Assembly (NCBI GenBank): GCA_964016885.1
Contig: OZ024743.1
Location: forward strand, 272,180,001 to 272,244,000
Length of the DNA stretch: 64,000 bases
Direction of reading: 5' to 3'
DNA from: Eledone cirrhosa
Taxonomy: Eukaryota
Of this stretch, positions 36,780-50,375 are shown one piece after another. The notes beneath the pieces were generated by a model. The model saw only the letters and a program-made list of their open reading frames with translations. It did not search any database and had not been told where the DNA came from. Each line of letters begins with the position of its first letter. Position 1 is the first letter of the stretch. The position numbers and the translations under genes are program-made.

Positions 36780-39700
36780 TAACACTGCGATATTAGTGGA
36801 GGTGGAGGTTGAGGTGATGGTGACCATCGTAGAGGTTAGTGTTGTGATAGAGGTGGTGGTGGTGGTGGTGGTGACCATCGTAGAGGTGGTGGTGTTGGCG
36901 CTAATCATACAGTAGTTAAGGTGGTTAGTGTTGTGATGGAGGTGGTGGTGGTGGTGGTAACCATAGTAGAGGTTAGTGTTGTGATGGAGGTGGTGGTGGT
37001 GGTAGCCATAGTATTGGTTAGTGTTGTGATGGGGGTGGTGGTGGTGGTGGTAGCCATAGTAGTGGTTAGTGTTGTGGTGGAGGTGGTGGTGGTGGTGGTA
37101 GCCATAGTAGTGGTTAGTGTTGTGATGGAGGTGGTAGTGGTGGTGGTAGCCATAGTAGAGGTTAGTGTTCTGATGGAGGTGGTGGTGGTGGTGGTAGCCA
37201 TAGTAGTGGTTAGTGTAGTGATGGAGGTGGTGGTGGTAGCCATAGTAGTGGTTTGTGTTGTGATGGAGGTGGTGGTGGTGGTGGTGGTAACCATAGTAGT
37301 GGTTAGTGTTGTGATGGAGGTGGTGGTGGTGGTAACCATAGTAGAGGTTAGTGTTGTGATGGAGGTGGTGGTGGTGGTAACCATAGTAGTGGTTAGTGTT
37401 GTGATGGAGGTGGTGGTGGTGGTGGTAGGCATAGTAGTGGTTAGTGTTGTGATGGAGGTGGTGGTTGTGGTGGTAACCATAGTAGTGGTTAGTGTTGTGA
37501 TGGAGGTGGTGGTGGTGGTAGCCATAGTAGTGGTTAGTGTTGTGATGGAGGTGGTGGTTGTGGTGGTAACCATAGTAGTGGTTAGTGTTGTGATGGAGGT
37601 GGTGGTGGTGGTGGTAGCCATAGTAGTGGTTAGTGTTGTGATGGAGGTGGTGGTTGTGGTGGTAGCCATAGTAGTGGTTAGTGTTGTGATGGAGGTGGTG
37701 GTTGTGGTGGTAACCATAGTAGTGGTTAGTGTTGTGGTGGAGGTGGTGGTGGTAGCCATAGTAGAGGTTAGTGTTGTGGTGGAGGTGGTGGTGGTGGTGG
37801 TAGCCATAGTAGTGGTTTGTGTTGTGATGGAGGTGGTGGTGGTGGTGGTAGCCATAGTAGTGGTTAGTGTTGTGATGGAGGTGGTGGTGGTGGTGGTAGC
37901 CATAGTAGTGGTTAGTGTTGTGATGGAGGTGGTGGTTGTGGTGGTAGCCATAGTAGTGGTTAGTGTTGTGGTGGAGGTGGTGGTGGTAGCCATAGTAGAG
38001 GTTAGTGTTGTGGTGGAGGTGGTGGTGGTGGTGGTAGCCATAGTAGTGGTTTGTGTTGTGATGGAGGTGGTGGTGGTAGCCATAGTAGTGGTTTGTGTTG
38101 TGATGGAGGTGGTGGCGGTGGTGGTAGCCATAGTAGTGGTTAGTGTTGTGATGGAGGTGGTGGTTGTGGTGGTAACCATAGTAGTGGTTAGTGTTGTGAT
38201 GGAGGTGGCGGTGGTGGTGGTGGTAACCATAGTAGTGGTTAGTGTTGTGATGGAGGTGGCGGTGGTGGTGGTGGTGGTAGCCATAGTAGTCGTTAGTGTT
38301 GTGATGGAGGTGGTGGTGGTGGTGGTAGCCATAGTAGAGGTTAGTGTTGTGATGGAGGTGGTGGTGATGGTAGCCATAGTAGTGGTTAGTGTTGTGATGG
38401 AGGTGGTGGTGGTGGTGGTAGCCATAGTAGAGGTTAGTGTTGTGATGGAGGTGGTGGTGATGGTAGCCATAGTAGTAGTTAGTGTTGTGATGGAGGTGGT
38501 GGTGGTGGTGGTGGTAGCCATAGTAGTGGTTAGTGTTGTGATGGAGGTGGTGGTGGTGGTGGTGGTAGCCATAGTAGTGCTTAGTGTTGTGATGGAGGTG
38601 GTGGTGGTAACCATAGTAGAGGTTAGTGTTGTGATGGAGGTGGTGGTGGTGGTAGCCATAGTAGTGGTTAGTGTTGTGATGGAGGTGGTGGTGGTGGTGG
38701 TGGTAGCCATAGTAGAGGTTAGTGTTGTGATGGAGGTGGTGGTGATGGTAGCCATAGTAGTAGTTAGTGTTGTGATGGAGGTGGTGGTGGTGGTGGTGGT
38801 AGCCATAGTAGTGGTTAGTGTTGTGATGGAGGTGGTGGTGGTGGTGGTGGTAGCCATAGTAGTGCTTAGTGTTGTGATGGAGGTGGTGGTGGTGGTGGTG
38901 GTAGCCATAGTAGTGCTTAGTGTTGTGATGGAGGTGGAGGTGGTGGTGGTGGTAACCATAGTAGTGCTTAGTGTTGTGATGGAGGTGGTGGTGCTGGTGG
39001 TGGTAGCCATAGTAGTGGTTAGTGTTGTGTAGGAGGTGGTGGTGGTGGTAGCCAGAGTAGTGGTTAGTGTTGTGATGGAGGTGGTAGTGGTGGTGGTAGC
39101 CATAGTAGTGGTTAGTGTTGTGATGGAGGTGGTGGTGGTGGTGGTAGCCATAGTAGTGGTTAGTGTTGTGATGGAGGTGGTAGTGGTGGTGGTAGCCATA
39201 GTAGTGGTTAGTGTTGTGATGGAGGTGGTGGTGATGGTAGCCATAGTAGTAGTTAGTGTTGTGATGGAGGTGGTGGTGGTGGTAGCCATAGTAGTGGTTA
39301 GTGTTGTGATGGAGGTGGTGGTGGTAGCCATAGTAGTGGTTAGTGTTGTGATGGAGGTGGTGATGGTAACCATAGTAGTGGTTAGTGTTGTGATGGAGGT
39401 GGTGGTGGTGGTAGCCATATTAGTGGTTAGTGTTGTGATGGAGGTGGTGGTGGTGGTGGTAGCCATAGTAGAGGTTGTGATGGAGGTGGTGGGGGTGGTA
39501 GTTGCCATAGTAGTGGTTAGTGTTGTGATGGAGGTGGTGGTGGTGGTAAACATTGTAGAGGTTAGTGTTGTGATGGAGGTGGTGGTGGTGGTGGTAACCA
39601 TAGTAGAGGTTAGTGTTGTGGTGGAGGTGGTGGTGGTGGTAACCATAGTAGAGGTTAGTGTTGTGATGGAGGTGGTGGTGGTGGTGGTAGCCATAGTAGT

Positions 39701-42700
39701 GGTTAGTGTTGTGATGGAGGTGGTGGTGGTAGTAGCCATAGTAGAGGTTAGTGTTGTGATGGAGGTGGTGGTGGTGGTGGTAGCCATAGTAGTGGTTAGT
39801 GTTGTGATGGAGGTGGTGGTGGTGGTGGTGGTAGCTATAGTAGTGGTTAGTGTTGTGATGGAGGTGGTGGTGGTGGTGGTGGTAGCCATAGTAGTGCTTA
39901 GTGTTGTGATGGAGGTGGAGGTGGTGGTGGTGGTAGCCATAGTAGTGGTTAGTGTTGTGATGGAGGTGGTGGTGGTAGCCATAGTAGTGGTTAGTGTTGT
40001 GATGGAGGTGGAGGTGGTGGTGGTGGTAGCCATAGTAGTGGTTAGTGTTGTGTAGGAGGTGGTGGGGGTGGTAGTAGCCATAGTAGTGGTTAGTGTTGTG
40101 GTGGAGTTGGTGGTGGTGGTGGTAGCCATAGTAGAGATTAGTGTTGTGACGGAGGTGGCGGTTGTGGTGGTAGCCATAGTAGAGGTTAGTGTTGTGATGG
40201 AGGTGGTGGTGGTAACCATAGTAGAGGTTAGTGTTGTGATGGAGGTGGTGGTGGTGGTAGCCATAGTAGTGGTTAGTGTTGTGATGGAGGTGGTGGTGGT
40301 GGTGGTGGTAGCCATAGTAGAGGTTAGTGTTGTGATGGAGGTGGTGGTGATGGTAGCCATAGTAGTAGTTAGTGTTGTGATGGAGGTGGTGGTGGTGGTG
40401 GTGGTAGCCATAGTAGTGGTTAGTGTTGTGATGGAGGTGGTGGTGGTGGTGGTGGTAGCCATAGTAGTGCTTAGTGTTGTGATGGAGGTGGTGGTGGTGG
40501 TGGTGGTAGCCATAGTAGTGCTTAGTGTTGTGATGGAGGTGGAGGTGGTGGTGGTGGTAACCATAGTAGTGCTTAGTGTTGTGATGGAGGTGGTGGTGCT
40601 GGTGGTGGTAGCCATAGTAGTGGTTAGTGTTGTGTAGGAGGTGGTGGTGGTGGTAGCCAGAGTAGTGGTTAGTGTTGTGATGGAGGTGGTAGTGGTGGTG
40701 GTAGCCATAGTAGTGGTTAGTGTTGTGATGGAGGTGGTGGTGGTGGTGGTAGCCATAGTAGTGGTTAGTGTTGTGATGGAGGTGGTAGTGGTGGTGGTAG
40801 CCATAGTAGTGGTTAGTGTTGTGATGGAGGTGGTGGTGATGGTAGCCATAGTAGTAGTTAGTGTTGTGATGGAGGTGGTGGTGGTGGTAGCCATAGTAGT
40901 GGTTAGTGTTGTGATGGAGGTGGTGGTGGTAGCCATAGTAGTGGTTAGTGTTGTGATGGAGGTGGTGATGGTAACCATAGTAGTGGTTAGTGTTGTGATG
41001 GAGGTGGTGGTGGTGGTAGCCATATTAGTGGTTAGTGTTGTGATGGAGGTGGTGGTGGTGGTGGTAGCCATAGTAGAGGTTGTGATGGAGGTGGTGGGGG
41101 TGGTAGTTGCCATAGTAGTGGTTAGTGTTGTGATGGAGGTGGTGGTGGTGGTAAACATTGTAGAGGTTAGTGTTGTGATGGAGGTGGTGGTGGTGGTGGT
41201 AACCATAGTAGAGGTTAGTGTTGTGGTGGAGGTGGTGGTGGTGGTAACCATAGTAGAGGTTAGTGTTGTGATGGAGGTGGTGGTGGTGGTGGTAGCCATA
41301 GTAGTGGTTAGTGTTGTGATGGAGGTGGTGGTGGTAGTAGCCATAGTAGAGGTTAGTGTTGTGATGGAGGTGGTGGTGGTGGTGGTAGCCATAGTAGTGG
41401 TTAGTGTTGTGATGGAGGTGGTGGTGGTGGTGGTGGTAGCTATAGTAGTGGTTAGTGTTGTGATGGAGGTGGTGGTGGTGGTGGTGGTAGCCATAGTAGT
41501 GCTTAGTGTTGTGATGGAGGTGGAGGTGGTGGTGGTGGTAGCCATAGTAGTGGTTAGTGTTGTGATGGAGGTGGTGGTGGTAGCCATAGTAGTGGTTAGT
41601 GTTGTGATGGAGGTGGAGGTGGTGGTGGTGGTAGCCATAGTAGTGGTTAGTGTTGTGTAGGAGGTGGTGGGGGTGGTAGTAGCCATAGTAGTGGTTAGTG
41701 TTGTGGTGGAGTTGGTGGTGGTGGTGGTAGCCATAGTAGAGATTAGTGTTGTGACGGAGGTGGCGGTTGTGGTGGTAGCCATAGTAGAGGTTAGTGTTGT
41801 GATGAAGGTGGTGGGGGTGGTGGTAGCCATAGTAGTGGTTAGTGTTGTGATGGAGGTGGTGGTGGTGGTGGTAGCCATAGTAGTGGTTAGTGTTGTGATG
41901 GAGGTGGTGGTGGTGGTGGTAGCCATAGTAGTGGTTAGTGTTGTGATGGAGGTGGTGGTGGTGGTAGCCATAGTAGTGGTTAGTGTTGTGATGGAGGTGG
42001 TGGTGGTGGTGGTAACCATAGTAGAGGTTAGTGTTGTGATGGAGGTGGTGGTGGTGGTGGTGGTAGCCATAGTAGTGCTTAGTGTTGTGATGGAGGTGGA
42101 GGTGGTGGTGGTGGTAGCCATAGTAGTGGTTAGTGTTGTGATGGAGGTGGTGGTGGTGGTGGTGGTAGCCATAGTAGTGGTTAGTGTTGTGATGGAGGTG
42201 GTGGTGGTGGTGGTGGTAGCCATAGTAGTGCTTAGTGTTGTGTAGGAGGTGGTGGTGGTGGTAGCCATAGTAGTGGTTAGTGTTGTGATGGAGGTGGTGG
42301 TGGTGGTGGTAGCCATAGTAGAGGTTGTGATGGAGGTGGTGGGGGTGGTAGTAGCCATAGTAGTGGTTAGTGTTGTGGTGGAGTTGGTGGTGGTGGTAAC
42401 CATAGTAGAGATTAGTGTTGTGATGGAGTTGGTGGGGGTGGTGGTAGCCATAGTAGTGGTTAGTGTTGTGATGGAGGTGGTGGTGGTGGTAGCCATAGTA
42501 GTGGTTAGTGTTGTGATGGAGGTGGTGGTGGTGGTAGCCATAGTAGTGGTTAGTGTTGTGATGGAGGTGGTGGTGGTGGTGGTGGTAGCCACAGTAGTGG
42601 TTAGTGTTGTGATGGAGGTGGTGGTGGTGGTGGTGGTAGCCATAGTAGTGGTTAGTGTTGTGATGGAGGTGGTGGTGGTGGTGGTAGCCAGAGTAGTGGT

Positions 42701-44100
42701 TAGTGTTGTGGTGGAGTTGGTGGTGGTGGTGGTAGCCATAGTATTGGTTAGTGTTGTGATGGAGGTGGTGGTGGTAGCCATAGTAGTGGTTAGTGTTGTG
42801 ATGGAGGTGGTGGTGGTAGCCATAGTAGTGGTTAGTGTTGTGATGGAGGTGGTGGTGGTGGTGGTAGCCATAGTAGTGGTTAGTGTTGTGGTGGAGTTGG
42901 TGGCGGTGGTGGTAGCCATAGTAGTGGTTAGTGTTGTGATGGAGGTGGTGGTGGTAGCCATAGTAGTGGTTAGTGTTGTGATGGAGGTGGTGGTGGTGGT
43001 GGTAGCCATAGTAGTGGTTAGTGTTGTGATGGAGGTGGTGGTGGTAGCCATAGTAGTGGTTAGTGTTGTGGTGGAGGTGGTGGTGGTGGTAGTAGCCATA
43101 GTATTGGTTAGTGTTGTGATGGAGGTGGTGGTGGTAGCCATAGTAGTGGTTAGTGTTGTGATGGAGGTGGTGGTGGTAGCCATAGTAGTGGTTAGTGTTG
43201 TGATGGAGGTGGTGGTGGTGGTGGTAGCCATAGTAGTGGTTAGTGTTGTGGTGGAGTTGGTGGCGGTGGTGGTAGCCATAGTAGTGGTTAGTGTTGTGAT
43301 GGAGGTGGTGGTGGTAGCCATAGTAGTGGTTAGTGTTGTGATGGAGGTGGTGGTGGTGGTGGTAGCCATAGTAGTGGTTAGTGTTGTGATGGAGGTGGTG
43401 GTGGTAGCCATAGTAGTGGTTAGTGTTGTGATGGAGGTGGTGGTGGTGGTGGTAGCCATAGTAGTGGTTAGTGTTGTGATGGAGGTGGTGGTGGTGGTAG
43501 CCATAGTAGTGGTTAGTGTTGTGATGGAGGTGGTGGTGGTAGCCATAGTAGTGGTTAGTGTTGTGATGGAGGTGGTGGTGGTGGTGGTAGCCATAGTAGT
43601 GGTTAGTGTTGTGATGGAGGTGGTGGTGGTGGTAGCCATAGTAGTGGTTAGTGTTGTGATGGAGGTGGTGGTGGTGGTAGCCATAGTAGTGGTTAGTGTT
43701 GTGATGGAGGTGGTGGTGGTAGCCATAGTAGTGGTTAGTGTTGTGATGGAGGTGGTGGTGGTGGTGGTAGCCATAGTAGTGGTTAGTGTTGTGATGGAGG
43801 TGGTGGTGGTGGTAGCCATAGTAGAGGTTAGTGTTGTGACGGAGGTGGCGGTTGTGGTGGTAGCCATAGTAGAGGTTAGTGTTGTGATGAAGGTGGTGGG
43901 GGTGGTAGTAGCCATAATAGTGGTTAGTGTTGTGGTGGAGGTGGTGGTGGTAGCCATAGTAGAGGTTAGTGTTGTGGTGAAGGTGGTGGTGGTAGCCATA
44001 GTAGTGGTTAGTGTTGTGATGGAGGTGGTGGTGGTGGTGGTGGTGGTAACCATAGTAGAGGTTAGTGTTGTGATGGAGGTGGTGCTGGTGGTGCCCATGG
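36780..44100. repeat. ~39-48-bp minisatellite with variable (GGT)n, about 7.3 kb
   Basis: Unit tagccatagtagtggttagtgttgtgatggag(gtg)n. Contains a 1605-bp higher-order duplication. Confidence 0.97.
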
Positions 44101-44309
44101 CTGCAGATTGCGCTGTGATGTTGAGTGTTGTAACATACTGTATCTGAGGAAGCAGTAGTATAAGCAGCAGCAGTAGTAGGAGGAATTAATAGTATCAGTA
44201 GAGGTGACATTATTATTTGCCTTTCATTTTTACAGAATCGATAAAATAAAGTACCAGTAATTCCTTGAGATAATTGCTGGCTTTGTGCTAAACGTAGAAA
44301 CAATTATTA

Positions 44310-44330
44310 TTTAGCAGTAGCAGCAGCAAC

Positions 44331-44387
<57 letters not shown>

Positions 44388-44568
44388 AGTATTAGTAGCA
44401 GAAGTATAAATAGTAGTAGTATAGTAGTAGTAGTATTAGTGGTGGTGGTATTAGTAGCAGTAGTATAAGTAGTAGTAGCAGTAGTAGTGGTGGTGGTATG
44501 AGTAGCATTAGTATAAGTAGTAGTAGTTGTAGTAGTAGTGGTGGTGGCATTAGTAGCAGTAGTATAAA

Positions 44569-44599
<31 letters not shown>

Positions 44600-44723
44600 G
44601 GTATTAGTAGCAGTAGTATAAATAGTAGTAGTATAGTAGTAGTAGTAGTGGTGGTGGTATTAGTCGCAGCAGTATAAGTAGTAGTAGCAGTAGTAGTGGT
44701 GGTGGTATTAGTAGCATTAGTAT

Positions 44724-44759
<36 letters not shown>

Positions 44760-44792
44760 CAGTGGTGGTGGTATTAGTAGCAGTAGTATAAA

Positions 44793-44832
<40 letters not shown>

Positions 44833-44909
44833 TGTAGTAGTGGTATTAGTAGCAGTAGTATAATAGTATTAGTAGTAGTAGTGGTGGTGGTATTAGTAGC
44901 AGTAGTATA

Positions 44910-44946
<37 letters not shown>

Positions 44947-45013
44947 TTAGTAGCAGTAGTATAAGTAGTAGTAGTAGTAGTAGTAGTGTGGTGGCATGAG
45001 TAGCAGTAGTATA

Positions 45014-45044
<31 letters not shown>

Positions 45045-45107
45045 TTAGTAGCAGTAGTATAAGTAGTAGTAGTAGTAGTAGTGTGGTGGCATGAGTAGCA
45101 GTAGTAT

Positions 45108-45169
<62 letters not shown>

Positions 45170-45205
45170 TTAGTAGCAGTAATATAATTAGTAGTAGTAG
45201 TAGTA
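44310..45205. repeat. (AGT)n/(GGT)n compound satellite
   Basis: Unit attagtagcagtagtataa(gta)n(gtg)n. Confidence 0.95.
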
Positions 45206-45769
45206 AGTCGTATGTCTCCAGTAGTTTTTATTAGAGTCAATCTTTTAACGCCTTTTACACACCCTTTCACTCTCAAGGCCTAGCTGCAAAGAAATAATTG
45301 TTTCTAATTTTGGCACAAGGCTAGCAATTATGTCAGTGCATTACTGGTGCTTTCAAACGGTGCTTTCAAGCGGGATTTGAACTCAGACCATAAAGGGTTG
45401 TAACTCTGTTCTGCAAAGCATGACGTTCGACCCTCTACCGATACGTTTGTAAGTCGATATTGTGGTGTTTAAACATTTCTCTCATATTTATTATAGTAAA
45501 ATAAAGCGAGAGGTGAGTATAAGTCTATGTGAAGCATATATATTGGTGGCCACACTACAGTAAGACAGCACTGTGTGTGTCGTTTTGGACATAGCAACGC
45601 AAGACCCAGCTATGACCGGGTGTTTAGGGATTTCGCTTTGTAACTTTGATCTTATCGTGTAGCATTTTGGGCAAATGTATTTTGCTATGGCCCCGGGTTG
45701 AGTGAAATTGAGTAGACGGAAACTGTGTAGAAGCTCATCAGATGAACTGCATCGGTAATTCAAAGATTC

Positions 45770-46430
45770 AGCATTGTCATATATTCCATTGAAGCAGGTA
45801 GAGACGTTCTAGTATCTCAGGGCCGTGTTCACGAATGATGGAAGGCAGGAGGATGAATTAAGTGCAAGAATTGCAAAAGCTGGTGCAGTAATACGCAAGT
45901 TTCAGCATTCAATAATCATTAGACGGGAAGTAGGGGTAAAAGTCAATTTGCTATCCTCAATTCGGTTTTCGTGCCAACCCATACATATGGTCATGAATCT
46001 TGGGTAATGACCGAAAAAATACGATCGCGAATACAAGTGGACGAAATGGGATTCCCCCGAAGGGTCTTTGGAGTAACGTTACTCGATAAAGTGCGTAACT
46101 CGGAGATCAGAGAGTCACTCCAGGTAAAGCCCCTACTTCTCCTAATTTAGAGATCACAGCTTCGATACTATAGACATGTGGTTAGAATGTCTCAGGAAAG
46201 AATCGCTGGACAGATTTTACGGGGAAATCCAGCCGACAGGAGATTCAAGTGGGGACCTTGAGCAAGATGATTAGATAACACCCAAGAGCATGGTCTCACC
46301 TGGGGATCCAGCCAGATCAGTTGGAGACGGTTGTTTCTGACAGGACCCGCTGGCAGGAGTGCTTCAGGATTCTGCCCCACGACGCTCTCAGGAATAAGTG
46401 GGCGAATAAGAATAATAATAAGAATAATGA
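45770..46430 (+). mobile_element. RTE-clade LINE 3' fragment
   Basis: VETF*YL..FTNDGRQEDELSARIAKA, YGHESWVMTEKIRSRIQ..EMGF.RR..GVTLLDKVRNSEIRE, RSQLRY..HV.RM. Ends in an (AAT)-rich tail. Confidence 0.88.
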
Positions 46431-46952
46431 TAATTGTTTCTACTTTTGGCACAAGGCCAGCAATTTAAGTGTATTACTGGTACTTTATTTTATCGACCCC
46501 GTAAGGATGAAAGGCAAAGTTAATCTCGGCGGGATTTGAACTCAGATCATAAAGGCCCGTAACTCTTTGCTGCAAAGAGAATAATGATAATAAGAGAATA
46601 AGAATAATGATAATAAGAGCCATGGTCGTATATTATGTCATGCTGAATCCGCCTGAGAATTTCAGTTAAGACTACAATTGTCAATGGAATACGGAATCAT
46701 ACTTTAATTTAACGTATAAGCAGTTAAGTTGATCGAGCAACTTAATGGTCATCACAGTTTCATGTTTCTAATATTGGCAGTATCGGTAGAGGGTCGGACG
46801 CCATGCTTTCCAGCATAGTTACGTCCCTTTACGATCTGAGTTCAAATCCCGCCGAGGTTGACTTTGCCTTTCATCCTTACGGGGTCGATAAAATAAAGTA
46901 CCAATAATGCACTGGGTAATTGCTGGCCTTGTGCCTAAAGTAGAAACAATTA
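46431..46952. mobile_element. Two SINE family A copies in opposite orientation (46431-46578 minus, 46773-46952 plus)
   Basis: Near-consensus matches. Confidence 0.88.
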
Positions 46953-47462
46953 TGATAATTTATAGAATAAATTGATTAGCTAGCATTTGTATGTTGTTTA
47001 GATTTAGTTTTTGATTTTGCTTTATATAATATTTATAGTCTGATTCGAATCAATGACCAATTTAGTAATTTTTTGAATCCCAAGAAGACTAAGCTGTTTA
47101 GAGGCGTCATTTACTCGCCTAGTCGTAGATCAGCATATAAATTATTCTGGGAGGCCACCCGCTAACTTCGTAATAAGAAGTCCCCATCTACGCACCTGCT
47201 CTTAAGAACTCGTCTGTGGTTTTTGTCTCTGAAGAAAGGTGCATCCTCTGGTATTTTCCTACATCCAGTTGGTCACAACAGCTTGACACACACTAACACA
47301 TGCACACACATAGTGTATTTAAAATTTCATACACCTAACATGTATGCGTGACCTTAGGTTTCGGGGTCGTCCAGTTTGTTAAATTTACATTATATCTATA
47401 TATTAGCATGTCAAGCGATAACACAGGCATTCTTGCATTGGGAATTTAACTGCTATTTGTAA

Positions 47463-47670
47463 AGGTGTGTGGCTTAGAGAATTGGATTCGCAATCGTGAG
47501 GTTGTGAGTATGATTCCGGACCGGGCGATGCGTTATGTCATTGAGCAAGACACTTTATTTCCTGTTGTTCCTGCTATCTGGAGTTGCGACCGATAGATAG
47601 TATTAGCAATTGGAAAGACCAATGGAAACGTTGTTTCTTCGGTCCAATTTGACGAAAGTCGATCGTTCAT
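47463..47670 (+). mobile_element. tRNA-derived SINE, family B-related (paralog at 49848-50055)
   Basis: tagagaa.tggattcg..atcgtgag...gcgttatgtc.ttgagcaaga.actttatttc...ttggaaagaccaatggaa present in both. Confidence 0.7.
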
Positions 47671-48221
47671 TTTTTGTAAAGATAGAATGTACTTTTAACA
47701 AACTGTTTGCAGTAGTCTCACTCATCCATTCAGATTACTTATTAAAATTATTATTTTCTTCCATACTGGCTTGGCGGAATTATTATGGACGCAAGTACAG
47801 ATAATTGGTTAACAATTTCACTTCACAATCATGATGTACTATGTGCAATTCCTCTCCGTTTCTACGGAATACTCATTCAAACAGATTTTGACAACAATCA
47901 AGCACACGGATGAATGTCCATCATCAAACTAACTTCTGGTAGGTTTTAACTTATAAATCTGAAAGGATATATTTGGCAACAATAATTTTGCTTTATGTTC
48001 AAGTTACGATAGATATATTTTGAATATTTTGTGATAAGCTTAATCAGTATTTTGCAATTATGATATATTATGTGTTTCAATTTTCGTCCTTCATCTATGG
48101 CTGCAATTTGGTTCCATTTATGTAGACTATATATGTATGGTTTCAAATTTCATCTCTCCAAATTGATTTTTGTGAACGTATTAGAGGAATACAATATACA
48201 CTCACACACACACGTACACAC

Positions 48222-48269
<48 letters not shown>

Positions 48270-48271
<2 letters not shown>

Positions 48272-49175
48272 AGAATTTTGCTCTACATGGGTGAATACAA
48301 TAAATGTAATCTGAGTGTTTCGATTATTAATAATAACATTCGATTCGTTTGCAATTATGCAAACAAGCCTCAATTTTACGCCATGTCAGTAGAAGGAACA
48401 CTTCGTTCTTGCTCTTGACTTGGCATGCGAACAGAACTGCAGACACTAATGTTTCTGGGTATCACACTTCATCAGTACAGCTCACTGTTCACCTGCTAAA
48501 CTGTCAGAGCTAGCGAAAATATATGCTATTTTCAAAAATACACAGTGACTGATCGGCCTGATTTGCATATTAGCAGACCGGCTGATCAGTCAGATCTGCA
48601 TATTAGTAGATCCAATGATCAGCCAGTTTTGTATATCAGCAGACTGGCCAGTCAGTTTCCTGTATACGAGCAATAAATGACCGGCTTTGTCAAATTCAAA
48701 TAAAAGAAGAGAATTTCGTTCTACATGGCTGAATACAATAAATGTAATCTGAGTTTTTCGATTATTAATAATAACATTCGATTCGTTTGCAATTATGCAA
48801 ACAAGCTTCAATTTTATAGCCAAGTTAGTAGAATGAACACTTCATTCTTGCTCTTGTGTTGGCATGCGAACAGAACTGCAGACACTAATGTTTCTTGGTA
48901 TCACACTTCATCAGTACAGCTCACTGTTCACCTGCCAAACTACCAGAGCTATATATTTTCACTAGCTCTGGCAGTTTGGCAGGTGAACAGTGAGCTGTAC
49001 TGATGAAGTGTGATACCAAGAAACATTAGTGTCTGCAGTTCTGTTCGCTTGCCAACACAAGAGCAAGAATGAAGTGTTCATTCTACTAACTTGGCTATAA
49101 AATTGAAGCTTGTTTGCATAATTGCAAACGAATCGAATGTTATTATTAATATTCGAAAAACTCAGATAACATTTC
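48270..49175. repeat. Tandem plus inverted duplication of an unclassified repeat
   Basis: 48270-48512 resembles 48709-48950 (direct). 48748-48950 is inverted at 48963-49167. Confidence 0.9.
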
Positions 49176-49176
49176 T

Positions 49177-49243
<67 letters not shown>

Positions 49244-49251
<8 letters not shown>

Positions 49252-49411
49252 ACGAGAAATTGATTGACATATATATATATATAAAATAAACATATGAAAC
49301 AATCACAGGGAATAATTTGTAAAAGTGCTTACACACTTTTACAAATTATTCCCTGTGATTGTTTCATATGTTTATTTTATATATATATGTCAATCAATTT
49401 CTAGTTGATAT
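49244..49411. repeat. Near-perfect palindrome, ~80-bp arms
   Basis: ...acagggaataatttgtaaaagtg cttaca cacttttacaaattattccctgt... Confidence 0.92.
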
Positions 49412-49800
49412 AAACAAACAAACAAACCGAGCATTATAATAAATGTTCGGTAAAAACGATACGTACATATATGTATGTGTGCCTGTATGTATATATATAC
49501 ATACTACTGTGCGTCTGTATACATATATGTATGTACGTATACATACTTATATTTAAGTAACAGCCGTACTAAGAGGGAGAAATGAAATTTCGTTTCATTT
49601 TTTTCCATTTATCGTTTTCGGGGCGCCCAGTCGATTAACTCACTCGATATGCAAATTAGGCTGCTCAGCCGTTAATATGCATAAGGAAAGTATATACTTT
49701 CAGAGGTTCAATCATCTGGCAGGAAGGTATACGATGCTGACGATAGGTAATAAGCTTGAAACTAGTACATCGTTCCTTTGTCAGTGTTGAACAGTGTTGA

Positions 49801-49851
<51 letters not shown>

Positions 49852-50089
49852 TGATTCGTTAGAGAACTGGATTCGAAATCGTGAGGGTGTCAGTTCGATT
49901 ATGTGCGTTCGATTATGTGCGTTATGTCCTTGAGCAAGATACTTTATTTCACGTTGCTCCTTTTACTTGGAATTGTGACCGATAGATAGCATTACCAATT
50001 GGAAAGACCAATGGAATCATTGTTTCCTCGGTCCGATTTGATGAAAGTCGATCGACAACATTTATTTATATATATATATATATATGAAA

Positions 50090-50375
50090 CACTCAGGGCT
50101 GTATGGGAGCCTCCCAAAAGTCAGCTCAAAAGTGACACAGATGAGACTGAGGTTAGTTGGACATGCTCACCGACATCCAGAGTTGACATTGCACTCAATG
50201 CTCCTGTAGGAGCCCCTACATTGACACACTGGAAGAGGAAAACCAAGGTTAACGTATGTTGATGCCCTAAGGACAGACACTGGTCTGTTGGAGACGCAGG
50301 ACATGGCAGCGATAATGTGGGACAGAGACCGCTGGAAAGAACTCGTCCATGGATCTCGGGAATTTTACCCGCCCT
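50090..50375 (+). mobile_element. RTE/RTE-X-like LINE 3' fragment
   Basis: RLRLVGHAHRHPE...LL*EP...YVDALRTDTGL...MWDRDRW. Confidence 0.6.

Noticed and set aside
36921-44147. Poly-Val ORFs on the + strand
   Set aside because: Low-complexity reading of (GGT)n, interrupted by stops, implausible as a protein
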